Assembly: GCA_963762255.1 (NCBI GenBank)
Contig: CAVXKA010000001.1
Span: forward strand, 1,600,001-1,664,000
From: Candidatus Eiseniibacteriota bacterium
Lineage (GTDB): Bacteria; Eisenbacteria; RBG-16-71-46; JABDJR01
Direction: 5' to 3'
Length of the DNA stretch: 64,000 nt
The notes under the pieces are model-generated. The model did no database searches. It saw nothing but the letters and a program-made list of their open reading frames with translations, and had not been told where the DNA came from. Of the stretch, positions 9,413 through 19,151 are shown one piece after another. How positions within the stretch are numbered: the stretch's first letter is position 1; the number at the start of each line of letters is the position of its first letter. A program made the position numbers and the translations under genes.

Positions 9413-10683
9413 GCGAGACGCGACTCCTGCCGTTCCCTCCGCCCTACCGGGCCGCGCTCGCTCTGTCCAACGATCTCGACAATCTCTTCGAGCCGCGCGG
9501 CTGGTGGGAGTTCCTGCGCTTTCTCAATACGGAGGACGCGACGCGCTTCGGGCCGGGGCTCGGCCTCGAGGTGGGGGACTCGTTCTGGTTCTACAGCGAC
9601 GATCCCGAGGGGCAGCCGGCGTCCTACTTCGAGGGCTTGAGCGGTACGCCCTCCGCGTTTGCGCCGTTCATCGGAGCGCTTGGCCGCGCCGGGTATCTCG
9701 ACACGCTCCATAGCTACGGCAATTTCAGCCGCCACGGCGGGTTCACGCGGGCCCTCGCCGAGCGCGCGGCGTCTGCGCTGCGCGATCTCGGCTTCGTGCC
9801 CAGCGTGTGGGTCAACCACGGCGGCGCGCACGATTTCCAAAACCTCTGGATGGGATGCGGCGACGTTCCGGAGAACCCGGAGGCGGAAGGCGCGCCCGCG
9901 CCAGAGTACCACCTCGATCTCACCTGGTCCCTGGGACTCCGGTATGCCTGGCTGGGCGAGCTGACCTCGATCCCCGGCCAGGCCCGCCCGTTGGGGCTTG
10001 GAGATTGGGTGAGCCCCGGTTCGCCGGCGCCTCGCGAGGCGCTCACCTGCGGCGCCCGCGCGCTGGCGCGCAGGCTCGCCTACCGCGATGTGCTCGCGCG
10101 CACTCCGCATCCCGACATTCTTCGCAACCGCCTCATCACGCCGCGGCGACTTCGCGACGGGCGGATCGTGCAATCGTTCGTGCGATGCGGCGATTTCGCG
10201 CGCGCCACCTTCGCCGATCTTGCGTGGCTACTGCGCCCCGGATTCCTGGATGCGCTCGAGCGCTCGCGCGGATGCTCGGCAGTGTTCCTGCACTGGGGAA
10301 AGCACCCGGGACGCCGCTTCGAGAACTTGGATCCCGCTGGGCTTGGCGCACTGCGCGAGCTTGCGGCGCGAGCGCGTGACCGCCGCATCTGGGTCACCAC
10401 GACCGGTCGGCTTCTCGCCTACGCCGAAGCCCGCGACGCGATCCGGGTCGAGCCGGTTGCACGCGGTCGCGTGCGGCTTCGCGCCGAGCCGCTCCCCGAC
10501 GGGCGGCAGCTCACCGTCGAGGATCTCGCGGGCCTCGCGTTTCACGTGGGGGCGGGGCCGCTCCCCGAGTTCCTCTTCGAGGATCGCCCGCTCGTGGTGG
10601 AGCCTCTGCCCGGTGAACCGGGTGTGGCCTGGGTGCCGCGAGTGCCGCTGCGGTTTCCCGAGCCGCCGGGGGCGGGGGCATGA
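9409..10683 (+). CDS. Hypothetical protein, polysaccharide-deacetylase-like fold
   Basis: ATGA overlap; PFPPPYRAALALSNDLD, DTLHSYG, WVNHG, FLHWG, IWVTT resemble NodB/CE4-like barrels. Confidence 0.5.
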   Translation: MSETRLLPFPPPYRAALALSNDLDNLFEPRGWWEFLRFLNTEDATRFGPGLGLEVGDSFWFYSDDPEGQPASYFEGLSGTPSAFAPFIGALGRAGYLDTLHSYGNFSRHGGFTRALAERAASALRDLGFVPSVWVNHGGAHDFQNLWMGCGDVPENPEAEGAPAPEYHLDLTWSLGLRYAWLGELTSIPGQARPLGLGDWVSPGSPAPREALTCGARALARRLAYRDVLARTPHPDILRNRLITPRRLRDGRIVQSFVRCGDFARATFADLAWLLRPGFLDALERSRGCSAVFLHWGKHPGRRFENLDPAGLGALRELAARARDRRIWVTTTGRLLAYAEARDAIRVEPVARGRVRLRAEPLPDGRQLTVEDLAGLAFHVGAGPLPEFLFEDRPLVVEPLPGEPGVAWVPRVPLRFPEPPGAGA

Positions 10684-11693
10684 CCGATTGGATCGTGCGC
10701 GAAGCCACTCCGACCGATCGCGAGCGGCTGCGCCGTGAGGAAGAAGCCACTTTCGGCAGCGCGGCCGTGATGCGCTCACGCTGGCTACTCGAGGACAATC
10801 CCGCGGGCAAGGCGGTGGTGATGATTGCGTTGGCCGACGACGGCCGCATCGCCGGCGGCCGTGCGCTCTTTCCGTGGGACTTGATGGTGGACGGGACGCG
10901 CGTGAAAGTGGCGCAGAGCGGGCGCCTGTGGACGCACCCCGAATTCCGGTTGCGGGGAGTGTCGGTAGCGCTCGGCCGCGGGTTTCAGAGCGCGACGAGG
11001 GAGCGCGGGTTCCCCATGTTCTTCGCGATTCCAAGCGCGCACTCGATCCGGGGGCATCTCCGTCTCGGTCACCTCATCGATCCGGGCATGCAGCGCCGGC
11101 AGATCGTGGTGAGCCCGCGATTTGTCGTGCCGCGTGCCCCCGCCGCGCTGGATCGACCGCTCCGGTGGCTGCGCGGGGCGAATGCGCGGCGGTTGGGGCG
11201 TGGAGCTGGAGCGTGGCAACGGGAGCCGGAGCCGGGCCGCGTCGCGGAGACGCTGTGGCCCCGCATCGCCGGCCGCCCGGGTGTGCGCGGTGTTCGCGAC
11301 GGCGCGTTCGTGATGTGGCGATACGGTGCAGGGACGAGCCTCGGCTACCGCACGTGGAGCTATCCCGCCGGCGATCCGCGCATTCTGGCTGTCACCGTCC
11401 GCGAAGGAACGCGCGAGCGCATCCTCGACATGTGGGGCGACGCCGATCCGGACACCTTCGCGGCGGCGACGGCGAAGCTGGTGGAACTTCAGGCGACGGA
11501 GGGGGCCTGGCTTGTGGAATGGTGCCCGAGCGAGAACGGCCCCTGGGGAGGGATCGCGGGCGGTGCGGGGTTCCTCCGCCGGCGCAAAGGCACCCCGCTC
11601 GTTCGTTGGTTTCCCGGCCCCCCGGATGCGACCGGGGCCCTCGCCGATCCCAGTCGTTTCGAGTTGACCGAGGGCGACACCGACTATGCCTAG
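10680..11693 (+). CDS. GNAT-family N-acetyltransferase
   Basis: ATGA overlap; THPEFRLRGV acetyl-CoA motif A; C-terminal GDTD. Confidence 0.65.
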   Translation: MTDWIVREATPTDRERLRREEEATFGSAAVMRSRWLLEDNPAGKAVVMIALADDGRIAGGRALFPWDLMVDGTRVKVAQSGRLWTHPEFRLRGVSVALGRGFQSATRERGFPMFFAIPSAHSIRGHLRLGHLIDPGMQRRQIVVSPRFVVPRAPAALDRPLRWLRGANARRLGRGAGAWQREPEPGRVAETLWPRIAGRPGVRGVRDGAFVMWRYGAGTSLGYRTWSYPAGDPRILAVTVREGTRERILDMWGDADPDTFAAATAKLVELQATEGAWLVEWCPSENGPWGGIAGGAGFLRRRKGTPLVRWFPGPPDATGALADPSRFELTEGDTDYA

Positions 11694-13251
11694 CCGCATC
11701 CGGACGAACATGCTTTCGCTCGGGGCGTCATTCTTCTTCACTGCGGCCCTCGCGTTCCTGCAAGTCAAGATCCTCACCAACTTCCTGGATCAGGACTCGG
11801 TCGGCGTGTGGTCGGCGGTGCTCGCGGTGGGCGCCCTGCTTGGGACGCTTTCCGAACTCGGATTGCCCCAGGTGCTGGTGCGCTATGGCGCGAAGTTCGA
11901 CGCTGAGCGCAGGCTCTCCCGCCTCTCGGATCTGTTCGCGTTCTCGCTCAGGGTCTTCTTCGTGGCCGCGTTGGTGATGGTGGGATTGCTGCTGTTCGCC
12001 GGCCCGCTGGTCGCGCAAGTCCTGGGCGGTTCGGCGGTCAATCGCTGGGTGCTCATCCTGGGCTATCTCGCCATGGCCAGCGGCAGCCTGCGTGCCATCA
12101 ACAACGCGGCGTTCCGCGGGCTACGCCGCATGGTGGCGATGGCGGTGCTCGAGATCCTGTTTTCCACGGTGGTGACGGTGGGGTACTTCCTCACGCGGCA
12201 CCGGATGAGCGTGGATCTGGCGCTGTGGATCTTTCTCGGCGCGAGCCTCCTGGTGGCGGCGGCCGGCATGCTCGTGCTCACCGCCTTGCTCGCGCGACTT
12301 CGCCGCGAGGCGCCCTCGGCGGCGTCGAGCGGCGGCGTGTTCACCGAAGTGCGCGGCTTCTGGCAGGGGGTCGCGGTTTCCGGGGTCCTCCTCATCGCCA
12401 TCGAACAGCTCGACAAGCCGCTGCTCGCCGCCCTGGTCTCGTTCTCCGCGCTGGCTGTCTTCCACGTGGCGGCACGGCTGCAGGTCTTTGCGCGCAGGCT
12501 TCTCTACGTGCCGTTCCAGGTGATGTTCCCCGAGATCACGCACAAGTGGGAAGGACCCCGCCGAGGCGAACTGCGGGCGGACATGGAGCTCTTCACCAAG
12601 CTGGAGCTGGGTCTCGGTCTCATGCTGACGGTATTCCTAGCAGTGTTTGCACGACCGCTCTTGCTATTGATCAGCACGCCGGAGTTTCTGAGCGGCGCGC
12701 CCGTGATCTGGATCTTTACCGCTGTGCTCCCGCTCCTCTGCCTGAACCAGCCGCTGGCGCTGTTTCTGCGCGCTGTTGGCTACATCTGGTACGCGGTCAT
12801 CAACGACGCGCTGTGGCTGGCGGTGTACCTGACCCTGGGCACGGTGTTCGTGAAGGTTTTCCATCTCGGACTACCGGGCTTCGTGCTCGGGCAGCCGATT
12901 GCCTCGGTGATCGTGCTCGCCTACAGCCTGGCCGTGTTCCACAAGCTGGGCCTGCCCCGGCCGCCGCTGGCGTTCTTCATCAAGCGGCTCGCTCTCTCCG
13001 CGGTGGTGTGGGCGCTGTGCGCGACCGCCGGCAGCGCGCTTCCGCCGCTGGATTGGTGGCAGCTCCTCCTCATCGCACTCGCGCTGGGCGTGATCGGCAA
13101 CTTCCTTCTCGTGCGTGGCGGCTACCTCACCCGCGCCGAAGAAGAGCGAGCGGTGGCGATGTTTGCCGGCCGCGGGGCTGCGGGGCGAGCCGCACGCTTC
13201 CTGTTTGCGTGGCCTCGTCGGGGGCCTGCGGCGCTGCGCGCCGGACGCTGA
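11686..13251 (+). CDS. Oligosaccharide flippase (Wzx/MOP family)
   Basis: 12-14 predicted TM helices; ELGLPQVLVRY, LDKPLLA, MFPEIT patterns; glycan operon context. Confidence 0.8.
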   Translation: MPSRIRTNMLSLGASFFFTAALAFLQVKILTNFLDQDSVGVWSAVLAVGALLGTLSELGLPQVLVRYGAKFDAERRLSRLSDLFAFSLRVFFVAALVMVGLLLFAGPLVAQVLGGSAVNRWVLILGYLAMASGSLRAINNAAFRGLRRMVAMAVLEILFSTVVTVGYFLTRHRMSVDLALWIFLGASLLVAAAGMLVLTALLARLRREAPSAASSGGVFTEVRGFWQGVAVSGVLLIAIEQLDKPLLAALVSFSALAVFHVAARLQVFARRLLYVPFQVMFPEITHKWEGPRRGELRADMELFTKLELGLGLMLTVFLAVFARPLLLLISTPEFLSGAPVIWIFTAVLPLLCLNQPLALFLRAVGYIWYAVINDALWLAVYLTLGTVFVKVFHLGLPGFVLGQPIASVIVLAYSLAVFHKLGLPRPPLAFFIKRLALSAVVWALCATAGSALPPLDWWQLLLIALALGVIGNFLLVRGGYLTRAEEERAVAMFAGRGAAGRAARFLFAWPRRGPAALRAGR

Positions 13252-13256
13252 GCGTG

Positions 13257-14282
13257 ATGCCGAGCGTGCGCCCGCTGAAGGATCTTCCCCCCGCGGCGGT
13301 GCGGCTGCTCGATCGCGCGGGGGCGACCGTCCTCTTTCACCAACCGCGCTGGATCGAGGCGATGCGGCAGGCGTATCCGCGCTTTCGCCCCTCCCACCTG
13401 GTGCTCGAAGAAGACGGCGCAATCACCGGCGTGCTGCCGGTGCTCGAGAAACGAGCGTGGGGGTTGGGCGAGGTCGTCTCGAACCCCTTCGGAACCTACG
13501 GGGGTCCGATCCTCGATGCGAACGCCACCCGCGAAGGAGTGCGGGCACTAGCCGCGGCCTTCCTCGCCCGTGCGCGACGGTTCGGAGTGCTCCGGTTCGA
13601 GATGTCGGTGTTCGATGCCGCTCCGGAGACGCAGCAGCAACTCGTCGCTGTGCTCGGCGCGTTCGCCCTACCTAGCAGCACCTGGCTCATCGACCTGAAC
13701 GGAGGCGAGGAGGCGGTGTGGAACGGGTACGAGGGGCGGGCGCGCACCGCGGTGCGGCGGGCCCGGGAACTGGGCGTCACCACGGCACCGGAAGAGGGAG
13801 ACGCAGCGGTCGCCGCGTTGCACGCGCTTCACGAAGGGCAGGGCCGCCGGCGTCCGCTGCCCTGGTACCACGCCCGCGAGGGGTTGGTCGCGGTGAAGGC
13901 GGTTCTCGGCGACGATGCCCGCATCTGGCTCGCCCGACACGAGGGGAAGACGCTGGCAGCGGCGCTCGTGCTGTCCAACCCGGGCGCCGACACGCACGTA
14001 TGGGTCACCGGCGCATCCGACGCGGCGCGCCCGGTGCACGCCTTCACGCTACTCATGCACGATGCGATCGCCGATGCCGCCCGCCGTGGACAGCGCGTGT
14101 GGGACTTCGGTGCCAGCGCCGACGATCCCCATGTGGAGTTCTTCAAGCGCGCATTCGGCGGGGGCCCGAAAGAGACGCTGCGCTTCTTTCACCAGGCGGC
14201 CTGGGTGGCGCCCGCTCGCCGGCGCTTGCTCCCGTCCGGCGGTCCCTCTACACTCAGGCGCCTTTGGTTGGGGAGGCCATGA
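13257..14282 (+). CDS. GNAT-family (FemAB-like) transferase, paralog of 6783-7769
   Basis: VLFHQPRW, SNPFGTYGGP, RFEMSVFD, WDFGAS...FFKRAFGG align with the paralog. Confidence 0.75.
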   Translation: MPSVRPLKDLPPAAVRLLDRAGATVLFHQPRWIEAMRQAYPRFRPSHLVLEEDGAITGVLPVLEKRAWGLGEVVSNPFGTYGGPILDANATREGVRALAAAFLARARRFGVLRFEMSVFDAAPETQQQLVAVLGAFALPSSTWLIDLNGGEEAVWNGYEGRARTAVRRARELGVTTAPEEGDAAVAALHALHEGQGRRRPLPWYHAREGLVAVKAVLGDDARIWLARHEGKTLAAALVLSNPGADTHVWVTGASDAARPVHAFTLLMHDAIADAARRGQRVWDFGASADDPHVEFFKRAFGGGPKETLRFFHQAAWVAPARRRLLPSGGPSTLRRLWLGRP

Positions 14283-15319
14283 TGACACTGCGCAACGCAT
14301 CACATCCGTCGTATCGGGCGCGGATCCGCGGGCTCTTCGCGGCCGCCATGCTGTGGGCCGCGGTCGGCTGCGGCCGAGGCGCCCCCGACATTCCTGAGGG
14401 GTGCTCTCTCGACGATGCGGTTCCATCTGAGGCGCGGGCAGCCGTGGAGCAGGCGGCGACCCGCTTCTTCGAGCACGCGCGTAAGGGAGAAGGGCAGGCG
14501 ATCTACGAGGAGGCGGCCGCGCTGGTTCGCGAGAGGAACTCGCCCGACCAGTTCCTGGCCCCCATCGCCCAGGTCGCACGCGAGATCGGCTTCCCTCCCC
14601 TCACCACGCGCTCGATCGCGGTGGTGCGCTTCGGGGAGAACACGCCGTATCAGCCCCGTCTCGACTGCTCCGTCCCCGGCAGCGAAGCCGTCACGACGCT
14701 TCTGCTCCCCGACTTTCCGGTGCAGGCGTCGCTCATCCAGGTGGGGGAGGCGTCGGGAGAGACGTTCTATTTCTCCACGGTCTGGTTCCGGGAACCGGAC
14801 GGGGCGTGGCGCATCGGCGCGTTCTTCACCAAACCGGCCACGATCTTTGCGAAGGGAACCGCGGAGTACGCCGAGGAGGCGGCGGCGCAGCGAGCGGAGG
14901 GCAATCGTCGCAACGCAGCGCTTCTATACAATCTGGCCATCGATCTGGTCGTGCCCGCGGCCTGGATCAAGCCTGCCGCCGTGGAGGATCTCCAGCGCCA
15001 GCAGAAGCGCATCACGGTGGACCGGCTTCCCTCCGACCGTCTCGATCCCTGGGCCGCCACTCCCGATACGTTCAACGTCTACTCGGTAGGGTACGCCATC
15101 TTCGGAGACGGTCTCGGAGTGGCCATCCGATACGAGACCGAAGGAGCGGTGAGCGACACGCTCTCGCAGAAGACCTATGCCGATCGCCTGATGCGCTATG
15201 TCGAAACGGAGTTCCCGGAATACCGAGCGGTGTTCCGCCACGTGGCTCTCGAAGGGCATGAGCAAGGGGACCGGTCGAAGGTATGGCGCCGCACCTATCC
15301 GCTGGAGCCGAATCCGTGA
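14279..15319 (+). CDS. Hypothetical lipoprotein
   Basis: GGGAGG RBS, ATGA overlap, lipobox-like AAVGC. Confidence 0.6.
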   Translation: MMTLRNASHPSYRARIRGLFAAAMLWAAVGCGRGAPDIPEGCSLDDAVPSEARAAVEQAATRFFEHARKGEGQAIYEEAAALVRERNSPDQFLAPIAQVAREIGFPPLTTRSIAVVRFGENTPYQPRLDCSVPGSEAVTTLLLPDFPVQASLIQVGEASGETFYFSTVWFREPDGAWRIGAFFTKPATIFAKGTAEYAEEAAAQRAEGNRRNAALLYNLAIDLVVPAAWIKPAAVEDLQRQQKRITVDRLPSDRLDPWAATPDTFNVYSVGYAIFGDGLGVAIRYETEGAVSDTLSQKTYADRLMRYVETEFPEYRAVFRHVALEGHEQGDRSKVWRRTYPLEPNP

Positions 15320-16458
15320 GCGAGCGGCGGCCGCTCACCCTCGCCTATCTCTCCATCGGCCGGCACATCCACACGGAACGCTGGCTCACCTGGTTCGCAA
15401 GGCGGGGCCACTCGGTGCATCTTCTCACCGTGCAGCCCGGACCCATGCCGGGTGTGGCGGTGCACGACATCACCACGACGTGGGGGCCGAAGCCGGTGCG
15501 CTACGCGCGAAGCCTGGTCCAGGTGAAGCGCCTCCTGCGCGTCATCGACCCCGATCTGCTCCACACACACTTCCTCACCGGCTACGGGTACTGGGGCGTG
15601 TTCAGCGGCCGCCGGCCCTTCGTGCTCACGGTGTGGGGCGACGACGTCTACGTCACGCCGCACCAGACCTGGCTCAAGGGGCGCCTGGCCCGCCACGCGC
15701 TGCGCGCGGCGGACTACGTGACCGGCGATTCCGTGGACATCGTGGCCGACTGCGTGAAGCTGGGCGCGCGCGCAGATCGCGTCGAAGTGGTGCAGTGGGG
15801 GGTGGACTTCGCGCGGTTCAACTCGACGGTGTCCGGGGCGGCGATCCGCGAGCGACTCGGCATTCCGCCTGGCGCGCCCGTCGTGCTCTCGACACGCTCC
15901 TTCACCCAGCCCTATTACAACATCGATCTGGTCGTGGACACCGCGGCGCGGGTGCGCGCGCGTTTCCCGGACGTCCACTACATCATCGCCGGCAACGAAG
16001 GGGACGACGCCCGCTTTCGCGAGCACGCGCGCGCGGTCGGGCTCGTGGACCGGGTGCACTGGGTCGGACGCATCCCGCACGCGGAGCTTCCCGCCTGGCT
16101 CACCGCGAGCACGGTGTTCCTCACGATCCCCTCGGTGGATGCCACCGCCGTGAGTCTTCTGGAGGCGATGGCCTGCCGATGCGCCATCGTCGCCACCGAT
16201 CTTCCGTCCGCGGTCGAGTGGATCCGCCACGAAGAGACCGGTCTCGCCGTAACGCCGCGCGACGCGGATGGGCTGGTGGAGGCGATCTGTCGGTTCCTCA
16301 GCGACGCGCCACTGCGCGTGCGGGTGGGGGAGGCCGCCGAGAAGGTCGTACGGGCCAAGGCCGACCACGACCGCAACATGACGCGCGTCGAGGACATTTA
16401 CTACGCGCTCTCCGAAGGGCAGAACCCCTTCGCGGGCGCCGCCGGCGGGCGAGCGTGA
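15316..16458 (+). CDS. GT4 glycosyltransferase
   Basis: GTGA overlap; PDLLHTH, TVWGDD, SLLEAMAC..IVATD. Confidence 0.88.
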   Translation: MSERRPLTLAYLSIGRHIHTERWLTWFARRGHSVHLLTVQPGPMPGVAVHDITTTWGPKPVRYARSLVQVKRLLRVIDPDLLHTHFLTGYGYWGVFSGRRPFVLTVWGDDVYVTPHQTWLKGRLARHALRAADYVTGDSVDIVADCVKLGARADRVEVVQWGVDFARFNSTVSGAAIRERLGIPPGAPVVLSTRSFTQPYYNIDLVVDTAARVRARFPDVHYIIAGNEGDDARFREHARAVGLVDRVHWVGRIPHAELPAWLTASTVFLTIPSVDATAVSLLEAMACRCAIVATDLPSAVEWIRHEETGLAVTPRDADGLVEAICRFLSDAPLRVRVGEAAEKVVRAKADHDRNMTRVEDIYYALSEGQNPFAGAAGGRA

Positions 16459-16480
16459 AGGCGAGCCGCGCGTCGTGAGC

Positions 16481-17410
16481 ATGAAGACTTCAATCGTCAC
16501 CCCCACGCACAACAAGGAAGCGCTGCTGCGCCGCACGCTCGCTTCCCTGGAGCGCCAGGACGTCGGACCCGATGCGTTCGAAGTTGTGGTGGTGGACGAC
16601 GGATCGTCGGATGGAACCCCCGCGTTCCTGGCCGGATATCGCCCGCCCTTCGCGCTGCACGTCGTGCGGCAGGAGACGAACCAGGGGCGCGCGGCGGCTC
16701 GCAATCGCGGCCTGGAGCGGGCGACCGGCGACCTCGTGGTATTCCTCGACGACGACATGGAACTGGTGCCGGGATTCCTGCGCGCGCACCGCGAATTGCA
16801 TGAGCGAGACGCACGCACGGCGGGCATCGGCAACGTGGTGAATCACCCCGAGATCACCCAGGCCCCCATCGATCGCTACATGTCGACCCGCGGGGCGCAG
16901 AAGATCGGCGCGCGCGGGCCGCTTCCCTGGAAGTACTTCAGCACGAACAACGCGTCGGTGCGCCGCGACGACCTGGTTGCCGTCGGCGGCTTCGACGAGC
17001 GCTTCGTGCACTACGGGTTCGAGGACCTGGAGCTCGCCTGGCGGCTGGATCGGGAGCGAGGTCTCACATTTCGGTTCGTGGAGGGGGCGCGGTCGCTCCA
17101 CATCCATCCCCATTCCCTCGATGAAGTTCTCGAAAAGAAGACCTTGTGCGGGCGGTCCTCCTTGCCGTATTTGTTCCTCAAGCATCCGGAGACCCGCCGG
17201 GCGCTCCGTTTCGAGCGGTTCGATCCCCCGCGAGCCGGCGATCCCTTGGGCCTGAACCTGACCCGCGTGTTTTTCCGAACCCTGCTGACCCGGCCGGTGT
17301 ATAGGGCGGTGAAGCCCTTGGCCAGGCTCCCCCTGGGGAAGCTGACCGATGCGGTTCTGGACTACCTGGTGCAGTATCATTATCTCGAAGGGCTTCGGCA
17401 TCCGCTGTGA
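16481..17410 (+). CDS. GT2 glycosyltransferase
   Basis: SIVTPTHN, VVDDGSSDGT, ARNRG, FLDDD, GGFDERF..YGFEDLEL. Confidence 0.9.
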   Translation: MKTSIVTPTHNKEALLRRTLASLERQDVGPDAFEVVVVDDGSSDGTPAFLAGYRPPFALHVVRQETNQGRAAARNRGLERATGDLVVFLDDDMELVPGFLRAHRELHERDARTAGIGNVVNHPEITQAPIDRYMSTRGAQKIGARGPLPWKYFSTNNASVRRDDLVAVGGFDERFVHYGFEDLELAWRLDRERGLTFRFVEGARSLHIHPHSLDEVLEKKTLCGRSSLPYLFLKHPETRRALRFERFDPPRAGDPLGLNLTRVFFRTLLTRPVYRAVKPLARLPLGKLTDAVLDYLVQYHYLEGLRHPL

Positions 17411-17449
17411 GGGGCTGGGCTCGGCAAGACCGGGCCGCCGAACTGACAC

Positions 17450-18187
17450 ATGAAGATCACCACGTTCGATCTCAATCGCCGCTATCCGATCGATCTCGTC
17501 GAGACCGTCCGTGCTCTGTTGCGTCGCCTTCCACCTGAGCACTACGCGGGGATCTCGCGCATCACGCTCTCCGGCGGGGCGCCGCTCGAGGAGCGCGCGG
17601 ACGAGGAGATCCTCGGCCAGTACTTCGAGGCCTACGAGGGCGAGCCCGCGTTCATCATGCTCTATCCCGAGGAAATGGCGCGCGAGGTGCCGCGCTTCCT
17701 GCGGCCGTTCCCGCTGGTGTGGCGGGTGCTCCTCGCCGAGAGCCTCTACCATGAGGTCGGTCATCACTACCAGCGCTTCACCCACGGCATTCGCAAGCCG
17801 GTGCAGGAGGACCACGCCGAGGGTTACGGCAAACGCCACGCGCGGGCATGCTATCCCGGCGTGTACCGCACGCTCCAGGGGTGGAAGTGGATGCATCATC
17901 GCGCGAACCGCGTTCGCGCGCGTTGGATCGAAGTGCGGCGCCGGCGGGGCAGGGCTTCCGCCGCCGATCTCTACGAGCTGGGGCGGATCTACTGGGAGGA
18001 CCGCAAGTGGCCTCTGGTGGTCTCGGCGTGGGAAGACGCGCTGGCGCGCGATCCTCAATACACAGAGGCACGGGAGTGGCTGCCGCGGGCGAAGCGCCTT
18101 CTGCAGGCCGAGACGCGCCGGCGCGCGGCGCGGACCGGGCGTCGTAAGGCGGCGCGCCGGCCGGGTCGGGGCCGGAAGCGGCCGTGA
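17450..18187 (+). CDS. Hypothetical zincin-motif (HEVGHH) protein with TPR-like repeat
   Basis: LYHEVGHHY...EDHAEGY; ADLYELGRIYW...AWEDALARDPQYTEA; basic tail. Confidence 0.6.
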   Translation: MKITTFDLNRRYPIDLVETVRALLRRLPPEHYAGISRITLSGGAPLEERADEEILGQYFEAYEGEPAFIMLYPEEMAREVPRFLRPFPLVWRVLLAESLYHEVGHHYQRFTHGIRKPVQEDHAEGYGKRHARACYPGVYRTLQGWKWMHHRANRVRARWIEVRRRRGRASAADLYELGRIYWEDRKWPLVVSAWEDALARDPQYTEAREWLPRAKRLLQAETRRRAARTGRRKAARRPGRGRKRP

Positions 18188-19107
18188 GGGCGAAGAAGAC
18201 TTCGGCTGGAGCACGTGCGGGTGCGGCGGACCGGCAAGCGCGCGCCGCGGAGATCCTCACCCGGCTCAAGCGCGAGTACCCGGCGCCTCGGTGCGCGCTC
18301 GACCACGTCGACGCGTTTCAGCTATTGATCGCCACCATCCTGAGCGCGCAGTGCACAGACGAGCGCGTGAACATGGTGACCCCCGCGCTGTTCAAGCGAT
18401 TTCCGACCGCTCGCGCGATGGCCGCCGCCGATTCCGCCGAGCTGGAGGAGTTGATCCGCTCGACCGGGTTCTATCGCAACAAGACGAAGTCGATCCTGGG
18501 CGCGTCGGTGCGCATCACCGAGGTGTTCGGCGGGAAGGTGCCGCAGACGATGGAGGATCTGCTCACGCTGCCGGGTGTGGCGCGCAAGACCGCGAACGTG
18601 GTACTTGGATCGGCGTTCGGCATGAACGAAGGCGTGGTGGTGGACACCCACGTGCAGCGGCTCTCGCAGCGAATGGGGCTCTCGAAGGAGCACGATCCGG
18701 CGAAGGTGGAGCAGGATCTCATGGCGCTGTTTCCGCGTGAGGAGTGGACCGATCTCAGCCATCGCCTGATCCTGCACGGGCGGCAGGTCTGCAACGCGCG
18801 GTTGCCTCGCTGCGAGGCATGCGTGCTGGGGCCGGATGCATGTCCGTCGTATCAGCCGGAGGCTGCGCGCTGGAAGTCGGGGAAGGCGGAGCGGGCCAGG
18901 AAGAGCGCGAGCCGGATGGTGGGGAATCGCGGGGACGGCGGTCACGGGCGGCGCGGGGAAGAAGGTTGCCGCGAAGAAGCCCGCTGCCAAGAAGACGCCC
19001 TCCCGACGGCGTGGCGACGGTTAACACGCACGATTTTACCCGGGTACACGCGGGGCAAATGCCGAATGATCACCCGGGTGAGCATTGCGCGCGATGACCG
19101 GGGATGA
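18184..19107 (+). CDS. nth: Endonuclease III; true stop probably 19024 after a frameshift in the tail
   Basis: ILSAQCTDERVN, HhH LPGVARKTANVV, VDTHV, C-x6-C-x2-C-x6-C Fe-S motif. Confidence 0.92.
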   Translation: MRAKKTSAGARAGAADRQARAAEILTRLKREYPAPRCALDHVDAFQLLIATILSAQCTDERVNMVTPALFKRFPTARAMAAADSAELEELIRSTGFYRNKTKSILGASVRITEVFGGKVPQTMEDLLTLPGVARKTANVVLGSAFGMNEGVVVDTHVQRLSQRMGLSKEHDPAKVEQDLMALFPREEWTDLSHRLILHGRQVCNARLPRCEACVLGPDACPSYQPEAARWKSGKAERARKSASRMVGNRGDGGHGRRGEEGCREEARCQEDALPTAWRRLTRTILPGYTRGKCRMITRVSIARDDRG

Positions 19108-19151
19108 AGCGCACTCGAGTGATCGGCGCACGCGACCCCAGCCGACCTCCG

